Positions 23,341 through 36,456 of a stretch of DNA of 64,000 nucleotides are shown piece by piece. How positions within the stretch are numbered: position 1 is the first letter of the stretch; each line of letters opens with the position of its first letter. The translations under genes were made by a program, and so were the position numbers. The DNA comes from the human T2T-CHM13v2.0 reference genome, Homo sapiens, in NCBI GenBank assembly GCA_009914755.4, contig CP086569.2, forward strand, positions 18,784,001 to 18,848,000, in the 5' to 3' direction. The notes beneath the pieces were generated by a model, which saw only the letters and a list, made by a program, of their open reading frames with translations, searched no databases and was not told where the DNA came from.

Positions 23341-23639
23341 AAGCTTTTTGAAAATACTTACAAACTCTTTTATTTTCCATCCCTTTATATATTTTTATAT
23401 ATGCATGTATATGTGTGAGTGTGTGTGTGTGCCTGTGTATATGTATATATAAATATTTAGGGGAGGTTATAAGTACTTACGTACATGATCACAATAGGCT
23501 GCCTGCAAGCTGAGGAACAAGGAGAGCAAGTCTGAGTCCCAAACCTGGAAGAACTTGGAGTCCACTGTCTGAGAGAAAAAGTATCCAGTATAGAAGAAAG
23601 ATGTATGCTTTGGAAGCTAGTCCCATCTCGCTTTTTGAC

Positions 23640-23900
23640 ATGTTTCTGTCTGCTTGATGTTCGCTAGAAGCTCATGAGATTGTGCCCATCAGATTAATGT
23701 AGATCTTCCCATTGACTCAAATGTTAATTTTTGGGGGGGGGGAACCACCCAAGAAACTCATCCACGATTAATACTCTGTATCCCTCAATCCAATGAATGA
23801 GACACTCAGTGTTAACCATCACAAGTCCACCCCTTGTTAACTCGAATCAAATCACATCTCCTGCTATAATACATAATCTTCAAATGCAGACAGAAATGAG
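23640..23900 (-). repeat. MaLR/MLT-like LTR fragment (probable 3' LTR remnant of the left-arm ERVL copy).
   Basis: Homologous (inverted) to 51720-51960, ...caaggggtggatttgtgatggttaata.., which resembles the MLT1 start ..tgtgggcacaatctaatcag. Also similar to an internal-upstream segment at 27990-28190. Confidence 0.35.
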
Positions 23901-24229
23901 GTAATAATTACACCTAACATAATACAATTATCCTCTTACAGCCAGGAATGCAGCAATCCCCAATCCAAACACTATTTCATAAAGTTTACAATACACAAAT
24001 GTTGATAAGAACTCAATAAATCTTACGTAGCATGATAAAGGAAAATAAAAAAAATATTTTCTTAGTACATGTGTATACATGCACAAACTTTTTTTTTAAC
24101 AAAAGAAGGAGGAAATACTTAAGACAATTAACGTCCTCATTTCTGCAGCTGGTCACTTGTTTATAGCGGATATGGATGACTAACTTCTTCTAACACCCAT
24201 TCTGCCTTCCTTTTGTCTTCCTCAAGCAC

Positions 24230-27200
24230 CTCAGCAGGTTGCGGTTTTTATTGTTTTGTTGTTGTTGTTCCTTTTGTTGTTGTTACCCTGGTGAGTGACC
24301 CAAACCTTAATACCTGAAGGGTCTGATCCAACTGTAGCCCGGTCAGAATTGGGCTGTTGTAGTTTTCCACTGACCTTAATCGCACGTCATGGTAATTCTG
24401 GAACACATCTTAATGCATCTTCTGTATTTTATGCCACACTCTTTCTTCCCTCCATTGTGGAGGAGTAGGCTGATTTCATCTTGATAGTTCAGGTCAATCA
24501 ACCCAGTCAACACTGTAACTGCCTTTTTACAATGCTGACGTAAAGGTAGGAGGAGGCCCAAGTGTCCAGGTGACAATCTTGACTTCCAGTTTAATGGAAT
24601 CATTATTGTTTCATCTGGTGGCAGCGCTTTTCCTCGGGGAGCTAAGACCTCTAGGCCAGCAGAACATAATATCATAAGAAACAGGAAACAGAAATGTTGC
24701 TGGTGAAACACCAGGAGCGATAGTGAGTGGTGAAATTTCTACTTCTATTGCTTGATTCCTGGACCAGCGAATTTTGGCTACAGAAGTAACAATGCCATAT
24801 ATTGGATGCTGATTCAGAGAACATATGGTCTTCTGGAGAACTTTGCCACAGCCCTGCAAAGTATTGTCACATAGTTGGCATTGCAATTGTAACTTCAAAA
24901 GGCCACTTCACAATCTTATTAATTTAGTTGCTTCAAGATAATGAGAAACATGGTAAGACCAGCAGATTTAATGAGCAGGAGCCCACTGCCACATTTCTTT
25001 AGCTGTAAAGTTAGTGCACTGGTCAGAGGAAATGTTGTGTGGAATACTGTAATGGTGAATATGGCATTTTGTGAGTTCATGAATGGTAGTCTTATCAGAA
25101 GCATTGCATGAAGAATGGGGAAACCCATATCCACAGTAAGTGGCTATTCCAGTGAGGACAAACCTCTGCCATTTCCTTGATGAAAGAGTTCCAATATAAT
25201 TAATCTGTCACCAGGTAGCTGGCTGATCACCCCAAGAAACTGGGCCATACTGAGGGCTCAGTTTTGGTCTCTGCTGCTGGCAAATTGGGCACTCAGCAGT
25301 GGCCATAGCCAGGTCAGGCTTTGTGAGTGGAAGTCCATGTTGCTGAGCACATGTGTAACCTCAGTTTCTGCCACCATGGCCACTTTGTTCATGGACCCAT
25401 CGGGCAATGACAGGGGTGGCTGGGGAAAGAGGCAGAGTGGTGTCCCTGGAACCAGTGTTTTTATCCACTTGATTATTAAACTCTTTATCTACTAAGGCTG
25501 CTCGTTGGTTAGAACTCACATGGAATACAAATATTTTGACAGCTTTTGACCACTCACAAAGGTCCGTCCACATACCTCTTCCTCAAATATCTTTCTCACC
25601 AATATTCTGATCATGCATCTACCAAGTGCCTGACACCCAGACAAACCATTGGCTATGGACCATGAATCATTATATAGTCAGAAATCTGGCCATTTGGGTA
25701 TTGACATAGGCTGAAGGAGAGAAGATGGGGTGGCTGCAGTGGAGATCGTGAGCATTTGAACCACTTTCTCATGTAACTTAGTTGTGCCTTAGGACCTGCT
25801 TAAGCCTGGCCACGTGTATACCACATCCATTTCATGATGAAATGCTGCTGCGCACAACCCACTTTAAGACTCGATGGGTCAGAAAGCACCAAGTTCATGA
25901 TAGACAGTGTACTTCACATGGTGACTTGATGACCAACATTGAAATGTTCCACCAAAGCCCAGCAATGGGCCAGGAGCTGTCTCTCCAAAGAATACTAGTT
26001 ATCTGCAGAAAATGGCAGGGCCTTGCTTCAAAATCCTAGAGGTGTATGGTCTGATTCACCTGTGGGAGCACTGCAAAGTATTGTCACATCGTTGGCATTG
26101 TAATTGTAACTTCAAAAAGCCACCTAACCGTTCTATTTATCCAGCTCCTTCAGGATAATGGGAAACAGGGTAAGACAAGTAGATTTAATGAGCAGGACAC
26201 TGCTGCCACAGTTATTTAGCTCCAAACAACATCCCTATCTGCCACTGAAATTTCAAGCACCATTGAATCTCCTGGTTCACATGGCCCAAAGAGTAGAGGG
26301 GTTTGCAACGCAGCCTGAAGTAGTTGCAGAGTCTTTTCCTGTTTTGGATGCCCCTGAAAGCTGGCAGCCCTTTGGATCACTAATAAGTGGGCCAGTGGGA
26401 CATATTCAAATAAAAAATGTGCTGCTTCAAAAATCCAACTAGGCCTAGTAGGTATTGTGCCTCTTTCTTGGTTATAAGAGGGGCCTCACGCAACATCTTG
26501 TTCTTCACCCTGGAAAGGATATTTTGACAGGCTTCCCAAGACTGGACCTCTAGGAACATTACGGAGGTAGAAGGTCTCTGAATTTTAGTCACATTTATTT
26601 CACATCCTCTGGTACATAAATGTCTCACCAATAATTCAAATGTGCTTGCTACTTCTTGCTCACTCATCAAATCAGCCTAATTTCATCAATGAGATGGATG
26701 AAATCATCGTGATACTTTACAGAAGTGAAGAGCAATCAAGGTCTCTCTGAGTAAGATTATGACAGGAAGCCAGAGAGTTAATATACCCCTGAGCAAGGTT
26801 AATAAATGTGTATTGCTGGCCTTGCCAGCTGAAGGCAAATTGCCTCTGGTGGTCCTTATAGACAGGAATAAAGAAAAGGGCACTGGCCAAGTGAATGGCT
26901 GTATACCATGTGACAGGAGATGTATTAATTTGCTCAAAAAATAAACCATATCTAGAATATCAGCTGCATGTTGATTCACAACTGTATTAAGTTGCAATAC
27001 TCCAATGTGATTATCCAAGGTCCACCTGTCTTTTGCACAGGCCAAATGGGAGAGTTGAATTAGAATGTGCTGGTAATTACCAATCCAGCATCTTTGAAAT
27101 TTTTGATGGTGGCACCCATCTTCACAATCTTCTCAGGGTTTTGATATCATTTCTTATTTACTATTTTTCTAGGTAGGGGCAGCTCTTGTGGCTTCCATTT

Positions 27201-29450
27201 AACCTTTTCTATTGTTGTAGCCCTCACCTTGGAGGTCATGGAAATGTGGGATTCTGCCAGCTGCTAAGTATATCTATGCCAGTTATGCAATTTAGCACTG
27301 GGAAAATGACCACAGGATGACTCCAGGGACTCACTGGGCACTCTGTAAATCTGACCTAATAAGCTAAAGCACTATTAATTACCTGACCTCCCTGAGCTCC
27401 TACTTTAACTGCAGGACCACAGTAACATTTTGGGTCCCCTGGAACCCACATCAGCACAGAGCTAGTGGCCAGTAGTTTCTCCAAAGTCTGACTATTTCCC
27501 TTTCCCTAGTACACAATTACTTTGGTAAAGCCTGGAGGTCTTCTTGGGGAAAGATTGTGTAAAGATTCACTGCATAAATAGTCAGTTGTGTTGTGGGTTT
27601 CTTGGTCAAGGGAACCCAGCCTCCTCTTCATTCGATGGATTCTCGGTCTTTAAACTGTCTCTAGCCTGGTAATTGATGGAGGGGCCGTACTTCTCTGTTT
27701 TCATCATTCCGAATAGTGATTTGTCCTTTTGACGCAACGATTTCTGTATGTATAACATAAGTATGAATGCAGTAAGCTTTCCATCAATTTCACTTGCACG
27801 AACACCGTGACTAATTAACCAATGGCAAGGCTCTACAGGAGTCACATTATTTGACTGCCACTATCCCTTCGCTGTGCCCACATTACCTTTGATGGTTGAG
27901 TGGTGCCACTTGACCCCTATCACACTGGGATCCAACTATTCTCATCATATTTAAATTTTGTCGTTGCATGACTGTGGTTTCCATAGAAGAGCAATTACAG
28001 GGCAATTGTGCCCACCAGATTAAGGGTGGAACTACCTTCTCCAGCCCACTGTCCCTAGTGTTAATCTCTTTTAGGCAACACTCACACAGACACATACCAA
28101 ACTAATACTCTGTATCTCTCAATCCAGTTAAATTGATACTCAGTGTTAGCCATCACAGGCTCTTGGCGATAAATTTGCTGGTCCCCACTAAGGCTCCACC
28201 TTCAAGCCGGTTACAGCCTGAGGTCCAGGTTCCAGGCTGATGGACAAGAATGGGAACCACTGTTGCTTTTTTCTGAAACGCATGCATTGTTGCCAAATAA
28301 TCCAATCAGCAAGCACTTTCTTTCCTTTGAAGCAAATAATATTCCTGGACTCAGCCACATTTGAGGACTATTCAAACTACCAGCCGTGGAGAGGAGCTAC
28401 CTACCCAAGGGCCATCTCTCTCCTGCAAGCTTAGGAGATGTCAGGACTATCAGCAGTGGGCTGGAGCTACCCACCACAGTCTCTGCTGAAAGCTGGGGAG
28501 ATAATGGGATGACCAGCTAGAGTGAGGAGCTACCCACTCGAGGGTCTTCTCTTTGCTGAAGTCTTAGCCAATCTTGGAACCACCAGGTGTGAAGTAGACC
28601 TACCCACTCCAGGGTCTTCACTCTGTGGAGAGCTTAACATCTCATAATATGACCAGCTGGATGGAGAAGCTACCAAGTCCAGGGTTTCTTTCCTGCTGAG
28701 AGCTGGACACTAAGCCTTGACAACTTGCCTGTAGAGATAAGCCGCCCGCTCTAAAGCCGTCTCTCCGCTGAGAGCTGGACCCTCATCAGAACATCCAGCC
28801 TGTGGAGAAGAGCTACCCAATCAGGATCTCTTTTGAGTTCTGTCCCTCAGTAAATCTTGTCTATAAAGGTCTCACTCTCCACGTGTCCATCTACCTCATT
28901 CTTCCTGGATAAAGAACTATTATTTGAGAATCACTGAATGGTGGTGCTGAAAGAACTGTAACACAAACAGGGAAAAACATGTCTCTTGCTCATCACATTG
29001 TGAAAGACAAAAATAAGAGGACAGCTAGGCTATCTCAAAACCAGGGCTGTGACACCCTCTTTAGGGCTTTGCTGTTTCTGGCATCCTGAAACTTCTGGGC
29101 ACCACTACATTCCCCAGTATCAGCTGTGGAAGCTGCTTGCAGTATGCCTGGTCCAGCTGCTGCATCTCAGTGAGATGGCACTTCTGTTGGTACCTAAAAT
29201 TTCCTGCTTTGCAACAGCTGGCAGGCCTGGCCGTCTATAGCGGCTGGACCCCACACTTGCTCAAACACCATTGCCACTCTACCTCACGTTTGCCCTTGGC
29301 AGCTGTTAAATCCTGGCCCATAATGCAAGCTGAGTGCAGCCTGTCAGGCAGAGTGGGTAGAGCTAGCTTAGCAGGCCTGAGAAAACACAGGCAAAGGCAC
29401 CACTGGCCACAGAGGTTTTCAATTGGTAAGGTGACTCTCCCAAAATCCCA
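24230..29450 (-). mobile_element. ERVL-like endogenous retrovirus remnant (pol and dUTPase, gag largely absent), left-arm copy.
   Basis: Minus-strand ORFs: dUTPase-like 24376..24711 (…GHLGLLLPL…, GLIDLNYQDEISLLLHNGG, i.e. GxIDxDYxGE motif); integrase zinc-finger 25361..25573 (ARWVHEQSGHGGRN, the H-x3-H motif); RT/connection 26380..27045; upstream segment 27606..27845 (MTPVEPCHWLI...). Homologous over its length to the right-arm copy 46100-51060 in inverse orientation. Confidence 0.7.
28370..28850. repeat. Minisatellite, about 7 tandem units of about 65-75 bp, within the leader region of the left ERVL copy.
   Basis: Repeated core ggagctacccac(t/c)c.agggtcttc.ct.tgctgagagct... The homologous site in the right-arm copy (about 46690-46800) carries roughly one unit. 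A TATA-like ctataaagg lies at 28861. Confidence 0.75.
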
Positions 29451-30049
29451 TGACAAAAGGAGCATAGCTAGTTGCGTTTAAATGCCTTTCTTCTATTGGA
29501 TCTTGAAATACTTAAAATTCAGTCTCCTACAATTTGGAATGTTTAAACCTTATTTGAAAATCATTATATTTCAAAATCTTTTGGAAATTAAAGTTGAAAG
29601 ACTGGTATTTCCACTGAAACACCCTATCCCTCTTACTTGCACAGACATCTAGTCTCTGAGAATATACTTCTGTAATTCATGGCATTGGGCTTCAGGTTAG
29701 CACTCTTCCACTGTGTTATAAAGCTTTCTAATGAAACAGAATTTCTGATTTTGACATTTTGTACTCATAAAATTTCTTTATGTGCGGAGCTTTTGCTGTG
29801 CATTGCAGGATGATGAGCAGCATTTCGGGCCCCTTCCATTAAGTGCAATTGTAAACGCCTTTTTTTTTTTTTTTTTTTTCCCCATGGAAGAAATGCCCAA
29901 ATATGTTTGTGTCTTGTGGAAGCAAAATTGATGGCTATCTTTATCGTATAAGTTAATACCCATGAAAAAACTGATGGTAGTGAGCTAGTGCAGTCATAGG
30001 AATGTTTTTACATTGTTCTTTGGAATGTCTATCAGTACAGACAATGTGG

Positions 30050-30420
30050 AAAAGTGTGTGGTGATTCACACTTTTAGTCTTTCAGAATGCCAATCCCACT
30101 GGATTCAGCAATTTCATTACTGGGTGTATAGTACCTGCAAAATTAGTCATTCTATTACAAGGACGCATGCTTGTGTATGTGTATTACAGCACTATTCACA
30201 AATTCAAAGTCATGGAATTAACCCAAATGCCTATGAGTGACAGACTGGATAAAGAAAGTGGGAAAACAACACCTTCAGGACAAATAGCTAATTTATGCAG
30301 AGATAAATACCTAGGTGATGGGGTAATGGGTTCAGTGAACAACCATGGCACACGTTTACCTGTGAAATAAATCTGCATGTCCTGCATACATATCATGAAA
30401 CTTAATATAAATTTAAATTA
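30050..30420 (+). mobile_element. Old L1 3'-end fragment.
   Basis: ...ttcattactgggtgtatagtacctgc...attacagcactattcacaa...catggcacacgtttacctgtgaaataaatctgcatgtcctgcatacat resembles the L1 3'UTR terminus. Its right-arm counterpart is disrupted by Alu 45235-45552. Confidence 0.6.
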
Positions 30421-30603
30421 AATTAAATTTAAATTAAAAGGCTTTCATTTTTGTAGCAGTTATAGTAACTTTGGAATGTGTGCCACACCTTATTTAAGAG
30501 ATTTTATAAAATAACTATAAATCAGAGTTTTGACAAACTGCACCAAAAAGTAAATAAGTAGTATATTTCAATTCTCAGTTGATTGAATTTCTTTTCTTTC
30601 ATT

Positions 30604-30862
30604 TTGAGGATGGAATCTTACACAGTGTCTTCAGCTGGAGTGCAGTGGTGCAATCTTGACATGCTGCAACCCCTGCTTCCCAGCTTCAAGGGATTAAGCT
30701 GCCTCAGCTATTTGATTAGCTGAGATTACACGTGTGCACCAACACAGCTGATGGGGTTTCACCATGTTGGCCAGGCTAGTTCCAAACTCCTGACGTCAAG
30801 TAATCTGCCTGCCTCATCATCTGAAAGTCCTGGGATTATAGGTGTGAGTCAGGATGTCTGGC
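30604..30862 (-). mobile_element. Old Alu (AluJ-like, internally deleted), shared with the right arm.
   Basis: ...gctggagtgcagtggtgcaatc...gggtttcaccatgttggccaggctag...cctgggattataggtgtgag. The inverted counterpart is Alu 44660-44945 (+). Confidence 0.8.
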
Positions 30863-32166
30863 CGTTGAATGAATTTCTAATTGAGAAACTTATCCATCTT
30901 GCAAAACTTTATTTTCTATATCATACTTTTATGAGTTTCTTCATATGTCTCATAAGTCAAGAAAAATAATATAATGTTAATGCATTCTCTTTTCATTGGA
31001 AATGAATGTATATCCATTTATATGTAATTAAAAGAGAAAGTCTATTTAGAATGTCATTTTTCTTTTGTGTAAAACTCTGGGGTTTTAGAAATTTCTTTAA
31101 AAATATAACTTTGGAAACTAATTACATTTCTTGACATAAATGGTTGTTTTTTAAGGATCTTTTTTGGTAAGAAAATTCAAAATTGTTTGAAGATACAATG
31201 AGTTGTTTAATTATATCAAATAAACATAAAGGTATTTTCTTTGAGAAAACAGGTTTTTCTTAATTTAGGTTTTCTACAAATAATATTATGATTACTTTCT
31301 CTTCCTAAAATTAATTTATGTTTTCATCTTCCCTGTATCAAGAGTTCACCTGCAATGTATAAGAAGTAAGAACTGCCAGCAGAACAGGCATTTCCAAGAT
31401 GTAGGTCACCCACTACCATGAATCCTAGCTTGAGCTACTTGTTGCGCCAGCTATTGACTGTGTAAAAAAATCTAAAAATGAGAGTAGGCTCTTTGACTGC
31501 AATATATGACACAGACAAAGCAATAACTAGTGAGTAGTTTAAATTATAAATCTGATTTTATTCATCAATATTCATTTACTTTGGTTTGAAATACTACTTT
31601 TTCATTTAGAAAAAGAAGTAACTCACTTTTTTTTTGTTTGTTTGTTTTTGGTCAACTAGCCCAACATTTTGTAGTCATCAGGTATGTAAGTAGAAGAACT
31701 TTAATGAGAGAATACAATTTTTTTGAAGACGATGCCTTTCTTTAATGGTTTCCTATAGCTGGTTTTGGTAACTTAACACATGAGTTGTTTTTATCATATG
31801 TGAAAAAATACGGAAATGTTACATTAACGAGGGGCCAAACTTAATGCTATAAAATGTTATATTTAAAATGTATGCACTGAAGTTGCTTAATGTTATTTTA
31901 ATTAAATTCTAAAAGAGGAATGGTTTTGAAAATCATGATATTAGAAGGAAACATTTGAGTGCACTTTATTACTTCTAAATGTCCAAATAAGATCCACAAA
32001 AAGGTAGCAATGTTTAAACTTACACAGAACTGAAACTCAAAGTGGGAGGTAATGTAAGCAAATTAACATACAGTAACATAAAACTTAGTGTATTTCAAGA
32101 TTAAACTAAGTGTTAAGTACGTAATTAACAAACATATTCAGTATAGGCCTGTAATAAGTAAATATG

Positions 32167-32170
<4 letters not shown>

Positions 32171-32199
<29 letters not shown>
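32171..32199. repeat. (TA)n microsatellite.
   Basis: Direct read. Confidence 0.95.
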
Positions 32200-32201
<2 letters not shown>

Positions 32202-33879
32202 CCATGTAAGTTTTTTTTTAACACATTGTAGGAGTTTCCAGCTAACTCACTGATTAAAAGATCAAATCTTCATTTGCATTGTGAGATCCATGTAGAGGGA
32301 AAGATTTGCTTTTAAAAAACACTTTTTTTGTTAATTTATTTAATGATTGTATTGACGTGGTAAATATATATTTGCAAATGAGTGTTTTTAAACAAACACT
32401 GCTGTTGTTAAATGCTTTAGCTAACTGTTTTACATAGTTAATATATATATATATTTTCACTATACAGGATGATATATACTAACAATTATTAACTGATCAC
32501 CAATTTTATATTCCTGTTCCAGAGATTATCTCTGTGCCTGCAGTAATCCATATATATAGCTATTTATTTATTTTCTTACACAAATGAATATATACAATAG
32601 ACTATATTGTTAACTTTGTACTTCGTCACACATCTGTCAGTATATGAAGATCCATTTAATTTTGTTTGTAGATGCATAACTTGCAATTCAATGTGCTCTA
32701 ATTTATGCAGTCCACCGCTGAGATGGATTGACGTGTAAGTGGTATTCAGTTTTACACTAAATAAAGAAGAATTTACACTTCCACCATAATTTTAAACACA
32801 CCATCGCATTGACTTCATCTCACAACAAAATTCTGAGTGCAGGCAAAGTGATTATCATTATTTGCTGAGGAAAGAAGCAGATATTTGCATGAAAGTTATA
32901 GCTTTATGAGTCAGAACAATAACTTAAAGGAAGTGCTCACTTAAAACTGGGAAAACTCTCATTTTTTTTTAATGTAAAGTTCTAATGGCAATGAATTGAA
33001 TACAATCATTTTAAGTGCAAAAGTTTTTAATGAGTAAACTCATAATGATCAGTTAAGTCTGCGTTTAACACATGAAAATTTAATACTACGCCGTCTTCTA
33101 TAACTCAAAGAAAGCTTTTTTTTTTTTTTTTTTTTTTTCTTATCTCAGCTTGTGAAATATTTACTGAGTGGGACTATCTGCCCCCGTTGGACCCCACCCA
33201 ACAAAAGTATTTGTGGGACTCAAAGACGCTGGTGCTACTTATCAAATACATGCTGTGATCCAGCAGCTATACCTGATCCCTGTCATCGGCCACAGCATTT
33301 CTACCATTGAAAACACAGGTAGTGACATAGATGATGATCGTGGGGCTGGGAAATGAGGGTTTTCATCCTTCAGACTTCAGAATGGTTGGTCCATTGACAG
33401 CTTGATGGTGTGCCCAGAAAAGCCCGTAGACACTCAATGCCAGATAGTGAAAGCAGTTGGGAGGAAGGCTGTACCCCATAAAGCCTCATGGGGGGATCTG
33501 CTCAAGACCATGGAAACCCACCTCTTGCATCAGCATGACCTGGATATGAGACATTAAGTTAAAGAAGATCATCCTGGAGCCTTAAATTTTTAGTGCCTCA
33601 TCAGATTTCAGATGTACTTAGGGCCTGTAATCCCTTTATTCTGGTCAGTTTCTCATATTTGGAATATCTGCATTTTCCCAATGCCAGTACCCCCATTATA
33701 TCTAGGATGTAACTAACTCGCTTTAATTTTTGCAGGCTCATAGGCAGAAAAAACTTGCCTTGTCTCAGATAAAATCTCAGACTTTGGACTATTGAGTTAA
33801 TGCTTGAATGAGTTAAGACATTGCAGTACTATTGGAAAAGCATGACTGGTTCTGAAATGTGAGGATTTGAGATTTTGGA

Positions 33880-34225
33880 GGGGCCAGGGTTGGAATGATA
33901 TGATTTGACTATGTCCCCATCGAAATTTTATCTTGCATTTTTACATGTGGTGGAGGGGGATGAGATAGGGAGTAACCATATTGTGGGGGCAGGTGTTTTT
34001 TTGTGCTGATCTTGTGATAGTGAATAAGTCTCATCAGATCTGATGGCTTTAAACATCAGTGTATCCCTGAACCAGCTCTCTCTTTGCTTGCTGCCATCAT
34101 ATAAGATGTGACTTGCTCCTCTTTGCCTTGCCAGATACATAAATCTCTAAGTCCATAAACTACTCTTCCTTTTATAAATTGCCCAGTCTAGCGTATGTCT
34201 TTATAAGTGCATGAAAATGTACTAA
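33880..34225 (+). mobile_element. MaLR LTR (THE1/MST-like). Possibly with an internal portion at 33170-33880.
   Basis: ...atgatatgatttgactatgtccccatc...gtgggggcaggtgtttt...gtgatagtgaataagtctcatcagatctgatggctttaaa...ttataaattgcccagtct matches remembered THE1/MST LTR landmarks. Left-arm specific (interrupts arm homology at 33350-34225). Confidence 0.7.
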
Positions 34226-34489
34226 TATAGTACAAATGTCATATTGACTAATAAAGCTCTGAAACTTTAGTTTCACAGTCAAGTCAAGAAGTAAATAAAA
34301 TGCAAGTATACGTAGGTCTCTGAAAATGTATATCAAACACTTTTTAGTTCAGCAACATTTTATTAACATCTTTTAATAAAAACAAGGCAGAAAGAGTTGT
34401 GAAGTCGTTATTATAATGCACTCTATACTTGTATAATTTGTACTAACTTAAGACTAAAGCCATTTTACTTTTCTTAAGAGACAATTTTC

Positions 34490-34636
34490 TATGCTCCAGC
34501 TGGAATGAATACAGTGGTGCCATCGTCACTAACTGCAGCTTCTAACTCCTGGACTTATGTCATCCTGCTTCCTCAGCCTCCCAGTTAGTAGCTACATCTA
34601 GAAGAAAAGGCCAGTAGGCTCAGCTAATTATTTAAC

Positions 34637-34697
<61 letters not shown>

Positions 34698-34815
34698 TTT
34701 TTTCTTAGAGTCAGAATCTTGCAGTGTTACTCAGGCTGGCCTCAAATCCTAGGCCTAAAGTGATCCACCTATCTTGGCCTCATTAAGTGCCAAGATTACC
34801 AGTGTTAAGCCACCA
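34490..34815 (-). mobile_element. Old Alu whose A-rich linker has expanded into a (GATA)n microsatellite.
   Basis: Right-monomer revcomp 34490-34636 and left-monomer revcomp 34696-34815, flanking the GATA array. Confidence 0.7.
34637..34695. repeat. (GATA)n / (TAGA)n tetranucleotide microsatellite, about 14.5 perfect units.
   Basis: Direct read. Candidate polymorphic Y-STR-type locus. I cannot assign a DYS name from sequence alone. Confidence 0.95.
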
Positions 34816-36089
34816 CATCTTCTCATTTTTAAAAACTTTTTGTAAAGATGGTGTTTCAGGATTTTGACAAGCTCTGTTCCAAATTCCTGGCCTCAACTGT
34901 CCTTTTTTTCCTTGCCCTTCCAAATTATTGGAATTATCAACATGAGAAACAAAATCTGATGTAAAAACTGATCCACTTTTTAAATTATAAGTAAAGATTT
35001 TGTTTAGAATAGATAAAGCTTAATACTGAATGATAAATTAGAATAAGCTATGATACAAATTTTTTGAAGTCAGAGATAATTTTTAATTAAAAAATGCATA
35101 TTTAGATTAGAGAATTTTATGTTTACCAAGAATTCTCACACAATTACTGCAAAAATGTTTTTCGCATATTTAAAAATTGAAATAATAATTTTGCTGTTAG
35201 GAAATATAAAGCAGTATAATAGACAATCAAACCAATTATAATTACATTATGAGTGAAATCCAAAGCCATGTACCAGTCACTGGCAGGAACACAAACATTT
35301 TTTGGTGTAAAATCCTGTGGTAATGATGAATATAGAGGCAATTTGTATGCTAATCATAGCAAATTCTTTTCCCTCATGCAGAAAATAATTCTACTGTTCA
35401 AAAAAAATTATATATAGAGTCAAAAACATTTGTATCTTGAAGCTGTTAATAAAATATTTGTTAGTTAAGCCAAATCTTAGTGATTACCTCACCGCTTCAC
35501 TGACTCATATTTCAAACTGCTTGAGTAAAAAATAATAATTAATATAACACATAAATGCTCTTCCATATTTCCATATATTAAAAACCAATATTCTAAGGTA
35601 AAGATATCTTAAATATTTTACCTTGAAATAACTAAACCAAAAAGGCAGCACATTCATATAAATTAGATCTAATGATTTCATAAAGAAAGAAGAAGAAGAT
35701 TGAAGAAATAGATTAAACACATTCGATACCTTGTAAAAACTCCTACAAGCCAAACACAAATTACTTACCATAAGAAGCAAATCTAAATTGTTACACTGAG
35801 TACAGTTTAGGTTTTAAGAAATCTGTGTTTGCAGAATCTGTAGGTGTAAAAGGTCACTTATTTGTTGTAAATTACAAAAGATTACTGACACAGACACTGA
35901 TGCTTTTGTGGTTCCATATAGCCACTACTATCTGACTGTTACTGTTCTGATGTGTTTTTTATGCTATGAAGCAGAATTTGGTGTGAGTAAATTGAAGATA
36001 CATGATAAGCAATAATAATAGCAGCTGATATTTATAGCACTTAAAGAGGTAATACACTAAGAGACACACAGATACTAATGAGTTTAATT

Positions 36090-36125
36090 CTCACAGGTTT
36101 TTTTTCTCTCTCTCTCCTCTCTCTC

Positions 36126-36189
<64 letters not shown>

Positions 36190-36235
36190 CCCCCCCCCCC
36201 CTTTCTTTCTTTCTTTCTTTCAGATGTTAGGGTTT
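36090..36235. repeat. (CT)n / (CTCTCC)n simple repeat followed by poly-C and (CTTT)n.
   Basis: Direct read. Confidence 0.9.
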
Positions 36236-36239
36236 TACT

Positions 36240-36435
36240 CTCTTCCCCTAGGCTGCGGTGCTATGGCAGGATCTCCGCTCAGTGTAACATATGCCTCCCA
36301 CATTCAAGAAATTCACCTGTCTCAGCCTCCCCAGTATCTCATTTTACAGGCATCTGCCACGACGCCTGGCTAATTTTCATATTTTTAGCAGAGGCGGAGT
36401 TTCACCCTTTTGGCCAGGCCGGTCTCACTGTCTTA
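36240..36435 (-). mobile_element. Alu fragment (minus), truncated.
   Basis: ...cctgtctcagcctccccagta...cgcctggctaattttcatatttttagcagaggcggagtttcaccc. Confidence 0.7.
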
Positions 36436-36456
36436 TAAAAAAAACGTTTGAGACCT

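Noticed and set aside
23640-23900. Segment similar to 27990-28190, first read as a displaced gag fragment
   Set aside because: It is colinear (inverted) with the right-arm MLT-like segment 51720-51960, so it is better interpreted as an LTR remnant shared by both arms. Its similarity to the internal-upstream segment is probably LTR-related.
28190-28900. Initial idea that the 65-bp tandem repeats mark an LTR12 (HERV9) U3
   Set aside because: The repeats lie downstream of the TATA-like box in the element's own orientation, and a single-unit homolog exists at the same place in the other ERVL copy. It is better described as an arm-specific minisatellite expansion within the ERVL leader; the surrounding pol carries a dUTPase, which is ERVL-like rather than HERV9.
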